Position numbers and translations under genes: made by a program. A stretch of 64,000 bases of DNA, taken from contig JBDRIV010000004.1 of NCBI GenBank assembly GCA_043815505.1, positions 113,671-177,670 of the forward strand, in the 5' to 3' direction. Positions 10,523-22,929 of the stretch are shown piece by piece. The notes beneath the pieces are model-generated. The model did no database searches and was not told the DNA's origin. It worked only from the letters and a program-made list of their open reading frames with translations. The DNA is from a bacterium. Its GTDB lineage: Bacteria; Patescibacteriota; JABMPQ01; JBDRIV01. Numbering within the stretch: position 1 is the stretch's first letter; each line of letters begins with the position of its first letter.

Positions 10523-10686
10523 AGAGATGGTTATGAAATTCACTTTCGTTGCGAAGCATTCAAATTTTGTAGCGAAAAAAGTGAATGGCGACAAGCTTAT
10601 GTTGAAAAACATAGGCGAGAAGAAATGAACTTTTTGCAGCCAAAATTTGGTTGCTGTAGTAGATAGTGAATTTTATAAGTATCTCT
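10523..10686 (+). repeat. ~164-bp rod-like imperfect palindrome (family H, copy 1)
   Basis: Terminal IR agagatggttatgaaattcact/agtgaattttataagtatctct; core shared with 33588-33748. Confidence 0.75.
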
Positions 10687-10730
10687 CAATAGAATACCCT
10701 ACTTTTACCTTTGTTTCAAGCACAAAAAAA

Positions 10731-10769
10731 CCGCCCAGCTTCAGTTACAAAAAAACTGAGGCTGGGCGG
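10731..10769 (-). terminator. CCCAGC-family hairpin acting as intrinsic terminator
   Basis: ccgcccagcttcagtt...aactgaggctgggcgg with T-run on minus strand, just after the stop of the AI-2E gene. Confidence 0.65.
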
Positions 10770-10777
10770 AAAATAAA

Positions 10778-11842
10778 TTATTTAGCTTTTACAGTTGATT
10801 GATGCGGTACTTTTTCTTTATCAAATCGATCATTAAACAAATCATCAATAAAGACCGATAAAGCGGTGGCTATAGGAACAGATAAAATCATACCTAAAAC
10901 ACCAGCCAATTTTGAACCTATTAGAACAACAATTATTACAATTATGGGGTCGAGCCCGACAGCTTTGGACATAATTTTAGGTACCAGAATGTTATTTTCT
11001 AATTGCTGAACTATTATAAACAATGCTAATACTGCCAAAGCCAACCAAGGATTATCAGTAAAACCTAAAAATATTGCAGGAATAGCAGAAATAATTGGTC
11101 CAACATAGGGCACAATTTCCATAATACCAGCAAATAGAGCTAGGATTAAAGCAAATTTTACACCCAGTGACAAGAGACCAATATATATCAATATTCCGAC
11201 TGCTAAAGCGAGAAGCATTTGACCACGAAACCAGTCACCAATTCTATTCTGAATGCGTCCTAATAAATCGTTAATATATACTTCATGTTTGTTGGGAATC
11301 ATACTAGCAAATTTTTGGATGCCCTTTTCTCTGATCAAAAGATAAAAAGTAATTACTAAAATCATTATTAGGGAGAAAACTCCACCAAAGAATTGCGAAA
11401 TACCACCAAAGAAACTTTGGCTTACATTTCCGAGCTGTGAAGAAACGGTACTTAAGAAATCAGAAATACTATCAACAATACCTTGATTTTGCGAAACCTC
11501 AATATTGCCAACAACATCTGATAAATAACTTGGTAGAGATGAAGCTAAATTTCTTGCCTCATCAACAATAGTTGGAATTAAGGCAATGGTAATTAAGGAA
11601 ACGATGAGCAAAAAGGAAAAATAAATTACCAGTACACTTACAGAACGCGGAAATTTTATTTTACGATGCAACCATTCTACACTGGGAGTTAAAGCAGCCG
11701 AAAGTACTGCAGCCACAAACAAAATTAAAATAATATCTCTAATCATAAACAGAAAAGCACCGATTAAAATAATTATAATTGCTTTGAAAAATGTTTGGTA
11801 AGAAACATCTATTGTGCGACGATCATTTTGATTTTCTGTCAT
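10778..11842 (-). CDS. AI-2E (PerM) family transporter
   Basis: IVPYVGP, QQLENNILVPKIM, GLDP motifs. Confidence 0.9.
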   Translation of the reverse strand: MTENQNDRRTIDVSYQTFFKAIIIILIGAFLFMIRDIILILFVAAVLSAALTPSVEWLHRKIKFPRSVSVLVIYFSFLLIVSLITIALIPTIVDEARNLASSLPSYLSDVVGNIEVSQNQGIVDSISDFLSTVSSQLGNVSQSFFGGISQFFGGVFSLIMILVITFYLLIREKGIQKFASMIPNKHEVYINDLLGRIQNRIGDWFRGQMLLALAVGILIYIGLLSLGVKFALILALFAGIMEIVPYVGPIISAIPAIFLGFTDNPWLALAVLALFIIVQQLENNILVPKIMSKAVGLDPIIVIIVVLIGSKLAGVLGMILSVPIATALSVFIDDLFNDRFDKEKVPHQSTVKAK

Positions 11843-11843
11843 G

Positions 11844-13115
11844 TTATAAAGCTAATAATTTTAAAAACGATTTTGTGTCCTGGTGAGGACTAATCATGGC
11901 TAAATTTAATTTATCGGTTGTAAATATTTCCTGGGCTACTTCTTTTATATCAGCGGCTGTTACGGCATCAATTTTTTTAAAGAATGAGTTTAGTGATGGA
12001 ACTTTTTGTCTAAACAATTCGTTAACTGCTATCCAAACGGCACTTTCGGACGTGTCTTCTAAACTCATCATGGTTTGACCCTTCAAATGCTCTTTGGCTT
12101 TTTTTAATTCTTTAGCTGGAACTGTCTGTTTTTTAATCTTTTTTAGTTCTTGAATAATTATCGCGATTGCTTCTTTAGCCTTACTATTATCACAACCAGC
12201 AGTAATTGCCAAATAACCTGTATCTTTGTAAGCTTCAACACTGGAACGAACATAATAAGCTAAACCTCTTCTTTCTCGCACAGCAATGAAAAGCCGTGAA
12301 CTCATGTAGCCACCCAGCAAAGCTGACAGTATACTTAAAGCATAACGTTTTTTGTCATACATATCAAAGGCACGAACACCGAGTGATAAATGAGACTGAT
12401 CAGTTTTTTTATAAAATAATTTTATTTGCGGAGCTACTTGCTTGTCTTTTGTTTCTGGCATTACTCGCGGTTCTTCTTTTGGCAATTTATTAGCAAAATA
12501 TATTTTTACTAATTCCCTACTTTTATTTTCAGAAATTCCTCCGGCTACTCCAACAACAATATTTTTAGCTACATATAAATCTTTTTTGTAATCAACAAAT
12601 TGCTTTCTTATCATGCTACGAACAGTTTTTTTACTACCAATAATCAAACGACCACCGGGCTGATTGCCATAAAGAAGTTGTTCAAACAAATCACCAATAT
12701 AACGCATAGGCGTATCCTGATACATGTTCATTTCTTCAATAATCACACCTTTTTCCCGCTCAATTTCAATAGCTGGCAATTTGGCGTTTTGAAGCATGTC
12801 AGAAATGAAATCAAAGGCTTTCGGAGCGTGTTGTTTGGCCACTTTAGCATAATAACCGGTAAATTCTTTGTGAGTGAAGGCATTATATTCACCACCAATT
12901 TGATCCATAAACTCGGCTACAATTTTAGCGCTTGGTCTTTTTTTTGAACCTTTAAAAAACATGTGTTCTAAAAAGTGCGAAAGCCCTGCTTCGTCTTTAG
13001 TTTCATATTTGGAGCCGGCACCGACCAAAACTAAAACGGTTACGGTTTTTTGATCAGCGGGTGCAGCCAATAAGCGTAAGCCACTAGAAAATGTGTGTCG
13101 GGAAATTTTAGGCAT
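11844..13115 (-). CDS. M16 family zinc peptidase
   Basis: HFLEH inverted zincin motif, NAFT, SSRLF..VRE.RGLAY. Confidence 0.93.
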   Translation of the reverse strand: MPKISRHTFSSGLRLLAAPADQKTVTVLVLVGAGSKYETKDEAGLSHFLEHMFFKGSKKRPSAKIVAEFMDQIGGEYNAFTHKEFTGYYAKVAKQHAPKAFDFISDMLQNAKLPAIEIEREKGVIIEEMNMYQDTPMRYIGDLFEQLLYGNQPGGRLIIGSKKTVRSMIRKQFVDYKKDLYVAKNIVVGVAGGISENKSRELVKIYFANKLPKEEPRVMPETKDKQVAPQIKLFYKKTDQSHLSLGVRAFDMYDKKRYALSILSALLGGYMSSRLFIAVRERRGLAYYVRSSVEAYKDTGYLAITAGCDNSKAKEAIAIIIQELKKIKKQTVPAKELKKAKEHLKGQTMMSLEDTSESAVWIAVNELFRQKVPSLNSFFKKIDAVTAADIKEVAQEIFTTDKLNLAMISPHQDTKSFLKLLAL

Positions 13116-14436
13116 ATCTCTTTTTCAAATTCGTTAATAAATCAGTTATCGCCACGCGATCTTGTTGCATAGAATCACGATCCCGTACAGTTACTTGTTT
13201 ATCTTCTAAGGAATCAAAATCTATAGTTACACAAAATGGTGTGCCAATTTCGTCCTGTCGGCGGTAGCGTTTTCCTATTGAAGCAACTTCATCATAAGTT
13301 ACAGATAAATCTTTTTGTAATTCAGTTAATATTTCTTTTGCCAATTTGGTAAGAGGTTCTTTTTTTGATAAAGGTAAAACTGCAACTGTGTAAGGTGCCA
13401 ATTTATACGGCAAGCGCAACACAACTTCTTCATCTTTTATGCTTTCCGTTGTGGTTGATCTACCACCTTTTACTGCTTCGTAAGAATCCATCAGCACTGC
13501 GAGTACCGCTCTGTCAATTCCACCAGAAGTCTCTATGATCCAAGGAATATATTTTTCGTTTGCTTCTTGATCAAAATATTTTAAGTCTTTTTTAGAATGT
13601 AATTCATGCTGAGTTAAATCAAAATCACCTCGATTATGAATCCCCTCAAGTTCAATCCAACCCCAAGGCGCCTGATATTCAATATCAACGGCGGCCTTAG
13701 CATAATGGGCTAACTTGTCTTTTGGATGTTCATAAAATCTAAGCTTCTTTTTATCAATTCCTAAATTTATATACCAATTCATTCTATTATCTTTCCATTG
13801 TTCAAAATATTTATCAGCTTCCTCCGGTTTTACAAAATATTGCATTTCCATTTGCTCAAATTCGCGGGTGCGAAAAATAAAATTGCCAGGAGTTATTTCG
13901 TTACGAAAAGCTTTCCCAATTTGTGCCATTCCAAAAGGTAATTTTTGCCGCATACTTTCTTGTACATTTTTGAAATTTACATAAAGTCCTTGGGCAGTTT
14001 CTGGACGAAGGTATGTTTTACTAGCATCATCTTGAACCGGCCCTAAGAAAGTTTCCATCATCATATTAAAGTCTTTGGCGATTGTTAATTCCCCTTTACA
14101 ATCGGGACACTTTTCCTGATTTTCTAAGTCTTCAGCTTTAAATCTATGGTGGCACTTTTTACATTCCACTAACGGATCAGAAAATTCTTCTACATGTCCA
14201 GAAGCTTCCCAAACTTTTGGATGCATTAAAATGGCAGCGTCAAATCCCACAATATCTTCTTGCTTTTGCACCATTTCCTGCCACCAGAATTTTTTTAAGT
14301 TGTTTTTCAATTCTATGCCAAGGGGTCCGAAATCGTACGTACTCCCTAATCCCCCATAAATTTCTGATGACTGAAATACAAAACCGCGCCGTTTGGCGAG
14401 TGAAACAATTTTTTCCAGTGTTAATTTATCGGTCAT
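13108..14436 (-). CDS. glyS: glycine--tRNA ligase, alpha2 type
   Basis: [41 protein letters not shown]. Confidence 0.96.
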   Translation of the reverse strand: MTDKLTLEKIVSLAKRRGFVFQSSEIYGGLGSTYDFGPLGIELKNNLKKFWWQEMVQKQEDIVGFDAAILMHPKVWEASGHVEEFSDPLVECKKCHHRFKAEDLENQEKCPDCKGELTIAKDFNMMMETFLGPVQDDASKTYLRPETAQGLYVNFKNVQESMRQKLPFGMAQIGKAFRNEITPGNFIFRTREFEQMEMQYFVKPEEADKYFEQWKDNRMNWYINLGIDKKKLRFYEHPKDKLAHYAKAAVDIEYQAPWGWIELEGIHNRGDFDLTQHELHSKKDLKYFDQEANEKYIPWIIETSGGIDRAVLAVLMDSYEAVKGGRSTTTESIKDEEVVLRLPYKLAPYTVAVLPLSKKEPLTKLAKEILTELQKDLSVTYDEVASIGKRYRRQDEIGTPFCVTIDFDSLEDKQVTVRDRDSMQQDRVAITDLLTNLKKRYA

Positions 14437-14541
14437 CTCGGTAGTACGATTTAATGATTAATTTAAATTAGATTTCTAGTTTACCTCGATTCTTAAGAAA
14501 AGTATCTTCTACATCTTTTTTCGCCCGATTGTACTACCGGG
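14437..14541 (-). repeat. ~100-bp CCCRGTAGTACAA-TIR element E1, abuts glyS ATG
   Basis: ctcggtagtacga ... ttgtactaccggg, 105 bp. Confidence 0.8.
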
Positions 14542-14614
14542 CATAACAAAAATTAGTAACAAAAAATCACCTGTATTATATCACAAGTGATTTTTAGCTT
14601 CAATAAGGGTTTTT

Positions 14615-16159
14615 CTATTGCACAACGTCAAAATAGGCGCATTCACCATCTTCGGCGTCAGGATAAGTTCCCACCTTAAAACACATTCGATAAGTTCCAA
14701 ACGGAGCAGTACCAGGAACAAGGACGGATTTATTTGCAGAAAGAGATCCATTTGGTCCGATAGTTGTTGAAGATGGACTTATTGGATTTCCTCCATAACT
14801 GCTTCCATTTGGTAAATAAGCTTCTAACCAATAATCAAATTGTTTGGTAATTTCTTCATAATTTTTTACAGTGAGTTTGAAAGTGGCATATTCATTTCTG
14901 TGTACTACAGGAGTATTGGCTGTAGCAAATGCTTGGAAAGGAACTGTGGCTGTGTCATAAAAGATATCGCGCCCGGTTCCAGCAAACAAATCATTGGAAA
15001 ATGACACGTGAGCCGATTTATCATTAGCCATTTGAACAAACGAATAAGAAACATCAGGAGAATATCCAGGATTATCATCTTCAAAATTTGTTTCATCAGT
15101 CCAAGTTTCTCCACCATCAAACGATCTCATAAAATATCCTTCTGAAGCAAACCCTGATGTGTTTCTATTATCATCCCAAGCCATATAAATATAGGCAGGG
15201 CGAGCAGAATCAATAGTTACTGTTTGAGCAACTGCTTCTTCAGTACTTACTATTCTAATTGGCTCAAACGATGTGTTACCATGCTTCATTCTGGTAAAAT
15301 ATATATCACCATCAAAATCAAACGACAAATACAAATAATTTTCATCAACTGTACATCCCGGACTATACTGAAAAGAAGTAATTTGTGCTGGGTCAGCCAT
15401 TATGGGTTGTGTGAAAGTTTGTCCACCATCTGTAGAAACTGCTGCCCAAGCATATTCAGTATTATAATCATCTAAAAATCCTTGCCAACAAACTCCAATT
15501 ATATCATTGCGGGTATCTGTACCTTCAAGCACATCCATATGCACAGTTGTACCTTGATAACGTTCAACAATGTTTCCAGCCATGTCACCATCTATAACTT
15601 TAGGTGTGGAAAAAGTTTGACCATTGTTGGTTTTAGAAAAATAAAGCTTTCCATTCAAATATGTATCAAAGTTTTTCCAAACAATATAAGCACTACCACT
15701 TTTTCCCATATCTGCTTCAGGAAACATATTATAACCCACTGTTGAAACAGCAGCCGGATTAGAAAAGGAATCACCACCGTTGGTGGAATAAGCAAAATGA
15801 ACTTGGGTTTCAAAATTATTTCCTCTTACCCAGGAAGCTACTAAAGTTCCTTGTTTGTTAATATCTATAGCTTCATTTTTAGCACCGTCTCCAGCTGGAT
15901 CTAAAACATAAGATGTAAAAGGTCCGACTCCGGCTGTTTGCTTAGCAAAAAGAAATTTAAGTGGTTCTATTTCTTCATTATCATAAACAACATAAACAGA
16001 TTTGTCTGGTCCAACTGCCAATGAATCATGTTGTATGAATTGCCATCCTGGTAGTGCCGACACAACTTGATCAATCCCAAATGTTGTCATGGTGGCTAAA
16101 GCTACAGAAGCTACACCAAAAATTATTAACGAAATTCCGAAAAATAAAACTTTTTTCAT
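14615..16159 (-). CDS. secreted BNR/Asp-box beta-propeller protein with C-terminal Ig-like domain
   Basis: Signal peptide; Asp-boxes STNGGDSF, KTNNGQTF, STDGGQTF, SFDGGETW. Confidence 0.75.
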   Translation of the reverse strand: MKKVLFFGISLIIFGVASVALATMTTFGIDQVVSALPGWQFIQHDSLAVGPDKSVYVVYDNEEIEPLKFLFAKQTAGVGPFTSYVLDPAGDGAKNEAIDINKQGTLVASWVRGNNFETQVHFAYSTNGGDSFSNPAAVSTVGYNMFPEADMGKSGSAYIVWKNFDTYLNGKLYFSKTNNGQTFSTPKVIDGDMAGNIVERYQGTTVHMDVLEGTDTRNDIIGVCWQGFLDDYNTEYAWAAVSTDGGQTFTQPIMADPAQITSFQYSPGCTVDENYLYLSFDFDGDIYFTRMKHGNTSFEPIRIVSTEEAVAQTVTIDSARPAYIYMAWDDNRNTSGFASEGYFMRSFDGGETWTDETNFEDDNPGYSPDVSYSFVQMANDKSAHVSFSNDLFAGTGRDIFYDTATVPFQAFATANTPVVHRNEYATFKLTVKNYEEITKQFDYWLEAYLPNGSSYGGNPISPSSTTIGPNGSLSANKSVLVPGTAPFGTYRMCFKVGTYPDAEDGECAYFDVVQ

Positions 16160-16220
16160 TAGAATTTTATTAATTACTAAAGTAAAATTATTATATAACT
16201 ATATTTTTATTTTGTCAATA

Positions 16221-18941
16221 CTAGAGAATTTCTCCCGATTCCACACGAATTTTTCCACCTTGTTCTAAAATAGCTACATCTCGTCTTTTTAAATTACCGC
16301 TTAATATTTTTTTTGCCAAAGCACTATCAACCTGATCTTGTAAAACCCGACGCAGAGGCCTGGCCCCATATTTGGGATCATAACCGGAGTGGGCTAATTC
16401 CAAAATAGCTGTTTCGGTAACCCGTAAATTTATGCCTTTTTTAAGCAGTCTTTTCTCAACTTTATTTAGAAGCAATCTAGTAATATCAACTAAATCTTTT
16501 TCACTTAGTGGTTTAAAGACAACAATTTCATCAAAGCGATTTATAAATTCGGGACGATAAATCTTTTGTAATTCTTCTTCCATTAAAATTTTATGAATTT
16601 CTACTACAGTTTTACCTGCCTCTAATTGATCTTGAATAAAACTGGTATTGGCATTTGAAGTCGCAATTAAAATTACATTGGTAAAATCTATAGTTCTGCC
16701 CAGACCGTCTGTTAAACGTCCGTCATCCATAACTTGCAAAAAGAGATTTAAAATATCAGGATGAGCTTTTTCTAATTCATCTAAAAGTAAAAGTGAATAA
16801 GGACTTTTGCGTACGGCTTCGGTTAAATAACCACTACTTTCTTCGTCGCCAATTAATCTGGCAATGCTAGTAACTTCCTGATATTCCGACATATCCACGC
16901 GAATCATATCGTTTTCACTACCAAAATAAGCTTCGGCTACAGTTTTTGAAAGTTCAGTTTTACCAACTCCAGTTGGTCCCAAAAATAACAGAGTAGCAAT
17001 TGGTCTTTTTTCATCGCGCAGTTCCGCTCGAGCGCGACGTAAAGCTTCAGCCACCGCCGTTACTGCTTGATCTTGACCAATAATTCTGTTGTGAATTAAA
17101 TCTTCTAATTTTAACAACTTAGCTGATTCTGAGGCTGTAACGTTTTCCGTTGGAATATTTGTTTTATCGGCAATAATTTTGGCTACTTCATCAGCCGAAA
17201 CAATAGAACCTTCTCCTTTTTCCCCAGCTGCTAAAACAGCTGCTTCTTCTAAAATATTTATCGCTTTATCTGGCAAATGGCTTTCATGAATATAACGACT
17301 ACTCATATCAACCGCTGATTGAATAGCGCCATAAGAAAAATAAACATTATTTTTTGCTTCAATTCCCAGTGCCTTAATTTCTGAAATTCTAATAGCATTG
17401 TCTTCATCCACTTCTGTAATATCAATTTTGGTCATCACCGAATCAAGACTGGATTTATTTTCAATGACATCGGAAAAATCTTTGGAATTGGTCGTAGCAA
17501 TAATTAGTAAATTAAATTTCTTTATTGCTTCTGTTAAAATATCAGAAATATCAAAAGTTTGACCGCCACCGGTGGCCACCCCAACTAAATCATGAACGTT
17601 TTCTATTACTAAAACAATATTCCGAGCTCGAGCAATTTCGTTCATAACTTTTTGAATACGACCTTCTAATTGACCAACCCCAGCTCCAGAAAGCATGGAC
17701 GAAACTGACAAATTGATCAATCTTTTATCTTGTAATATTTTTGGAACATCTTCAACCGTCATTAAACGAGCCAGTCCATTAATGATGGCCGATTTTCCCA
17801 CTCCATCTTCGCCCACTAAAACTACGCTATTACCACTTTCCACGACGCGCAAAATTTCGTCCGTTTCTTTTTCACGATTAACACAAACTTCCAAAACACC
17901 GCGGGAAGACAAATATGTTAAATCTGTACTCATGCGCTCCAGCACAGGTGAAGCCACAGCCGTCATGGCTCTATCCATCACTCCCTTGGGTTTAAACATC
18001 GCCAATCTTTTTTCTTCACGGTAACGTCTCATAATATCATGGCGCGTGTTATACCATTCTACAATGTGACGAATTTTATTTTGAGACATATCTAAATCAA
18101 GCATAATTTCGTTTGCCGCTGAATCAGTATTAGTTATAGCTGATAGCAGTTCTGCTAAATCGATTTTCGGTCTTCTGTTTTCAACTGCTTCGTAATATGA
18201 ATAAAGAAGTAATCTAATAGTTTGTGGTGCAATAACTAATTTACCTTTTTCTTTTGGTTGTTTAGCTAAAACACTTTTAATCATTTTTATAAAACGCTCG
18301 TTGTCAAAAGCAATTCGGCCAAACACTTCAGAGATTTCTTTTTTGGTCAGGAGGGCTGCCAAAACATGTACCGGTAAAACTTGAGCATGATTACTGCTTT
18401 TAGCCATACTGTAAGCATCTTCAATTACATCTAAAGCCTCTCCCCTCATTACATTATGAATTCTGATGGTATCTTCTTTTGGTAAAGATAAAAGTTCTGT
18501 GGTGTTTAATTCCTTTGGCAACTGACCAATATTTTTTAATTCACTTTTTTTAATTACCCATTCTTCTTTTTCGTCACGAGATTTAAACCGATAAAGTAAA
18601 TACATATTACTTAAAATACTTATCCAAAATAGTAAATGGGTAAACCGCCCGACATCTGCCAGTTTATAATTACCACTGCTGAACATGTCGAAAAAGAGTA
18701 TCGTAATGGCCAGCGCGCCAAAAGAAAAAAGAATAATATCAATTAAAACATCTAGTTTTCTAGTGAGTTGTCTGGTTTTATTGCTAAGAGTGCTGAGTGG
18801 CAAATCCCATAACAATATTTTATTACCAATCACACCAACTTCATGATAACCACCGCATGCTTGGCACTCAGAACCAATTGTTTGACACTGAGAGCAGGTG
18901 GCTAGACGCAGTGTAATATTTTTTTCTAAATCGTTATTCAT
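16221..18941 (-). CDS. ClpA/ClpC-like AAA+ ATPase with N-terminal Cys cluster and two TM helices; probable start 18941
   Basis: GEDGVGKS, LPDKAI, FLGPTGVGKT, LLDELEKAHP, YGARPLRR. Confidence 0.9.
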   Translation of the reverse strand: MNNDLEKNITLRLATCSQCQTIGSECQACGGYHEVGVIGNKILLWDLPLSTLSNKTRQLTRKLDVLIDIILFSFGALAITILFFDMFSSGNYKLADVGRFTHLLFWISILSNMYLLYRFKSRDEKEEWVIKKSELKNIGQLPKELNTTELLSLPKEDTIRIHNVMRGEALDVIEDAYSMAKSSNHAQVLPVHVLAALLTKKEISEVFGRIAFDNERFIKMIKSVLAKQPKEKGKLVIAPQTIRLLLYSYYEAVENRRPKIDLAELLSAITNTDSAANEIMLDLDMSQNKIRHIVEWYNTRHDIMRRYREEKRLAMFKPKGVMDRAMTAVASPVLERMSTDLTYLSSRGVLEVCVNREKETDEILRVVESGNSVVLVGEDGVGKSAIINGLARLMTVEDVPKILQDKRLINLSVSSMLSGAGVGQLEGRIQKVMNEIARARNIVLVIENVHDLVGVATGGGQTFDISDILTEAIKKFNLLIIATTNSKDFSDVIENKSSLDSVMTKIDITEVDEDNAIRISEIKALGIEAKNNVYFSYGAIQSAVDMSSRYIHESHLPDKAINILEEAAVLAAGEKGEGSIVSADEVAKIIADKTNIPTENVTASESAKLLKLEDLIHNRIIGQDQAVTAVAEALRRARAELRDEKRPIATLLFLGPTGVGKTELSKTVAEAYFGSENDMIRVDMSEYQEVTSIARLIGDEESSGYLTEAVRKSPYSLLLLDELEKAHPDILNLFLQVMDDGRLTDGLGRTIDFTNVILIATSNANTSFIQDQLEAGKTVVEIHKILMEEELQKIYRPEFINRFDEIVVFKPLSEKDLVDITRLLLNKVEKRLLKKGINLRVTETAILELAHSGYDPKYGARPLRRVLQDQVDSALAKKILSGNLKRRDVAILEQGGKIRVESGEIL

Positions 18942-19302
18942 AGAAGAAATAAAAAATCTGCCGCACCACAAAAATTGGCAACAACAGATAAAACAAAATA
19001 GTTAACACCGCCACAACTAAAATTAAGAAATATAATATTATATCAAAAGTGAGAACAAATGTTCTGATGATAATTCCTATAACTAAACCAGCAAAGGTAT
19101 AATCCTGAAACATTGGTTTGAAAAGATTTTTAATTTTTATTAGCAGACCTAAAATCTTTTCAAAATAAACCAGCTGTTTCCCAACAAATTTTAATAAGCG
19201 CAGAAAACCTTTGGTATACCACCAAATTGGAAAGTTTAAAACATCACCTACTAAATTCAGGCTCAAATATTTCACACTATGACTAAAAGCAGAATTTTTC
19301 AT
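18934..19302 (-). CDS. small membrane protein overlapping the Clp gene start
   Basis: 122 aa, FPIWWY, hydrophobic C-terminus. Confidence 0.75.
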   Translation of the reverse strand: MKNSAFSHSVKYLSLNLVGDVLNFPIWWYTKGFLRLLKFVGKQLVYFEKILGLLIKIKNLFKPMFQDYTFAGLVIGIIIRTFVLTFDIILYFLILVVAVLTILFYLLLPIFVVRQIFYFFYE

Positions 19303-19458
19303 TTATTTTAATTTTCTAAAAGATCTATTATATTATACAATTTTTTGATAGATTTGGAAACTAAAATGACTTTCTTCTCACCTTCCAGAGATTGTCTAGA
19401 TTCCCTGGAAGGAGAGCAAAAAGCCATTAATTACATTATATTACTTAATATTTTATCG

Positions 19459-20034
19459 TCAAACTTTAAGAGCGGAAACTAAAGATATTGGCCCTGATTG
19501 AATTTTAATTTTTTGAAAACCATTTTGTTTAAGAAGTCTAGGTAAAAAAGACGAAGGCCAAAATGTTGTATGCCCATCTCCAATTTTACGAAAATATTTC
19601 TCTAAAATTCTTGCTACTAGCGAGTCGCGAAAATAATCATAAATATAAATTTTTCCGTACGGCCTTAAAACGCGGTAAGTTTCAGCAATGGCTTTGTTCG
19701 GATCGGTAAAATGATGAAAAGCGTCAATGCTAGAAATAGCAGAAAAAAAATTAGCTAACCAAGGAAGCTGTTCGGCCAGTCCTAGTTCAAAATTAGTATT
19801 GGGTAAAAAAGGAGAATAATTTAAGGCTTTTTCTATCATATTTTCTGAAACATCTAAACCAAAAACTTCGCTCTGAGGAAATTTATTGGCAGTTTGACGA
19901 ACAAATTCTCCCGCACCACATCCTAAATCTAAAAGTTTTTCTTTAGGACGCAAAAAAACATTGGTCAATAATCTTTTTGCCTGGCGACGCGACCAAGATT
20001 CGTTGAAAGGATTGTATAATATTTTATTTGTCAT
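19459..20034 (-). CDS. class I SAM-dependent methyltransferase
   Basis: LLDLGCGAG, GLDVS, RVLRPYG. Confidence 0.9.
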   Translation of the reverse strand: MTNKILYNPFNESWSRRQAKRLLTNVFLRPKEKLLDLGCGAGEFVRQTANKFPQSEVFGLDVSENMIEKALNYSPFLPNTNFELGLAEQLPWLANFFSAISSIDAFHHFTDPNKAIAETYRVLRPYGKIYIYDYFRDSLVARILEKYFRKIGDGHTTFWPSSFLPRLLKQNGFQKIKIQSGPISLVSALKV

Positions 20035-20136
20035 CCCGGTAGGACAACTTACTGCTTAATTAATATATTAACTTTACTTTTGTGTTCAATTTTTAGAAAG
20101 TTTTGTATGAGTTTTGTTCCCAGTTGTACTACCGGG
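20035..20136 (-). repeat. TIR element E2, abuts methyltransferase ATG
   Basis: cccggtaggacaac ... gttgtactaccggg, 102 bp. Confidence 0.8.
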
Positions 20137-20140
20137 CTTT

Positions 20141-20761
20141 TTAAGTGGTGATGGCAATTACTCGAGCAGGAGCACCACCGAGAGCTAATTTTATTGGTAA
20201 AGCCACCACAGTAAATTCTTCTTTATCTAAAAGTTTTTCTAAATTAGTAAGATTTTCTATCAGTAACACATCGTGATCAAGTAAAATTTTATGAACAGGA
20301 TACGGATTATGATCTATGCTATGGGAATCAATTCCCACCATAGCTACTTTTTTCTGTACTAAAATGTTGGCAACTTCCTGAGTTATTTGCGGACCAGTAG
20401 TAAAATAATTATCCTCAAAATAGTTTTCAATGTGATCAGTATAAAACAAAACTATATTACCCGGTTTAATATTCAAATTCATAACTAAATTACGATCAAT
20501 TATCTTTTCACCGCGGGCGTCGACCAAAACGCCGTCGCCAATAAAACATTTGGGAGCGTAATTGGTAATTAGTTTTCCCTCTTTAAAAAGATGGGAGGGC
20601 GCGTCAATGTGCGTACCCACGTGAGTAGGCAAACTTAATTCCGACTGAAAATATCCTTCGTTGGCAACGGTGGTAACAGGAGAAATTTTCAGCTTGGGAT
20701 CGCCAGGATAAACTGGCGTTTTTTTATTTAGGGAAACTGTTAAGTCGATGTAATCTATCAT
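20141..20761 (-). CDS. cyclase/kynurenine formamidase family protein; probable start 20761
   Basis: YPGDP, HVGTHIDAP, IENL, GAPAR. Confidence 0.9.
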   Translation of the reverse strand: MIDYIDLTVSLNKKTPVYPGDPKLKISPVTTVANEGYFQSELSLPTHVGTHIDAPSHLFKEGKLITNYAPKCFIGDGVLVDARGEKIIDRNLVMNLNIKPGNIVLFYTDHIENYFEDNYFTTGPQITQEVANILVQKKVAMVGIDSHSIDHNPYPVHKILLDHDVLLIENLTNLEKLLDKEEFTVVALPIKLALGGAPARVIAITT

Positions 20762-20898
20762 TTTTAAATGATAATGATGGAGATTATTTCCCCTCCTGAA
20801 GCATAAGAAACCTGTTATAATTTTATTATAGCATATTTTGGACAAAAAAATCCCACTTAAGTTTCCAGTTACTATTGTTGTCATATTAAAAGAAAAAG

Positions 20899-20931
20899 AC
20901 CCGCGCTAGTTTTTAGAAAACTAACGCGGGC
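20899..20931 (-). terminator. intrinsic terminator of the GC-rich ORFan
   Basis: cccgcg...cgcggg stem followed by T-rich run on minus strand. Confidence 0.6.
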
Positions 20932-20983
20932 CGAAACGACGAATCCAAGGACTAAGACCAAAGTTCAGATGAGAACTGAGAGC

Positions 20984-21658
20984 TTAAGTCCAAAGAACTC
21001 TAGTTACTTTCGAGGACGGACGCAGGATTTTGCTGGCGCTCCCGTCGTCATGGTCGACCCAGGAGCAGCCCCAGTCCCAGGAACCATCGCCAAACCGACA
21101 GAGGTAAAGAACGTTGCGACCGCCGTCGGGGTTGCGGAGAATGGCACCCCAGAACGACAGGAACTTGATGCCCTTCGTGTCATACAGCCACTTGAGGGTC
21201 TTATGACCCTTCTCCTGCCACAGCGCCATGAAGTCTTGCTCATCGAGCTGGACATCTTCGGGAACTGCCTTGATGCGCTGAAGACGTTCCTTTCCGTTGA
21301 TGTAGGATTCACCTTCGAGATAGTCCTTATTGACAATCCTTCCAGCATCCAGATTGCCACTTTCGCGCTTTCCCACTCGCTCGATGATGCTCCAGCCTTT
21401 GCCCAGGAACTGTTCGGGGTTGAAGAGCTGGCGCTCGAGCAGATGAGGCTCGGTGGCACGCAGGTGAGCTTCCACGCGAGTACGCAGGTCGGCGAGGGTG
21501 TTTTCGGCGATTTCTGCTCCCTGTGCTTCGATCACCTGCTGGCTCGCCTCTCTTGGCAGATCGCTTTTCCTCCCCTTTGCCACGATGACATCGGCGAGTT
21601 TTGTCAGCTGTCCACCAGTGATAGTTTCTGCGGATGGGGACACGGTGTCTTTACCCAT
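20984..21658 (-). CDS. GC-rich hypothetical protein with aromatic-rich C-terminus; start 21658
   Basis: AAGGAGG SD 8 nt upstream of MGKDT; own terminator. Confidence 0.75.
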   Translation of the reverse strand: MGKDTVSPSAETITGGQLTKLADVIVAKGRKSDLPREASQQVIEAQGAEIAENTLADLRTRVEAHLRATEPHLLERQLFNPEQFLGKGWSIIERVGKRESGNLDAGRIVNKDYLEGESYINGKERLQRIKAVPEDVQLDEQDFMALWQEKGHKTLKWLYDTKGIKFLSFWGAILRNPDGGRNVLYLCRFGDGSWDWGCSWVDHDDGSASKILRPSSKVTRVLWT

Positions 21659-21785
21659 GGCGACATCCTCCTTATGTTGTATAGTACACGTCCTAGAACG
21701 CACAGAGCCTATCTCTGCACATTACTAAGACTGTGTATTATATATTATTATATCTTTTTTTCAACCATTTTCAGGAAAATATCCC

Positions 21786-22910
<1,125 letters not shown>

Positions 22911-22929
22911 TTAATCTTTGCTTTTTAAA

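Noticed and set aside
10445-10666. 73-aa ORF, and the upstream extensions of rsmI and the GT2 at 33731
   Set aside because: They run through the palindromic H elements; downstream ATGs fit family N-termini better
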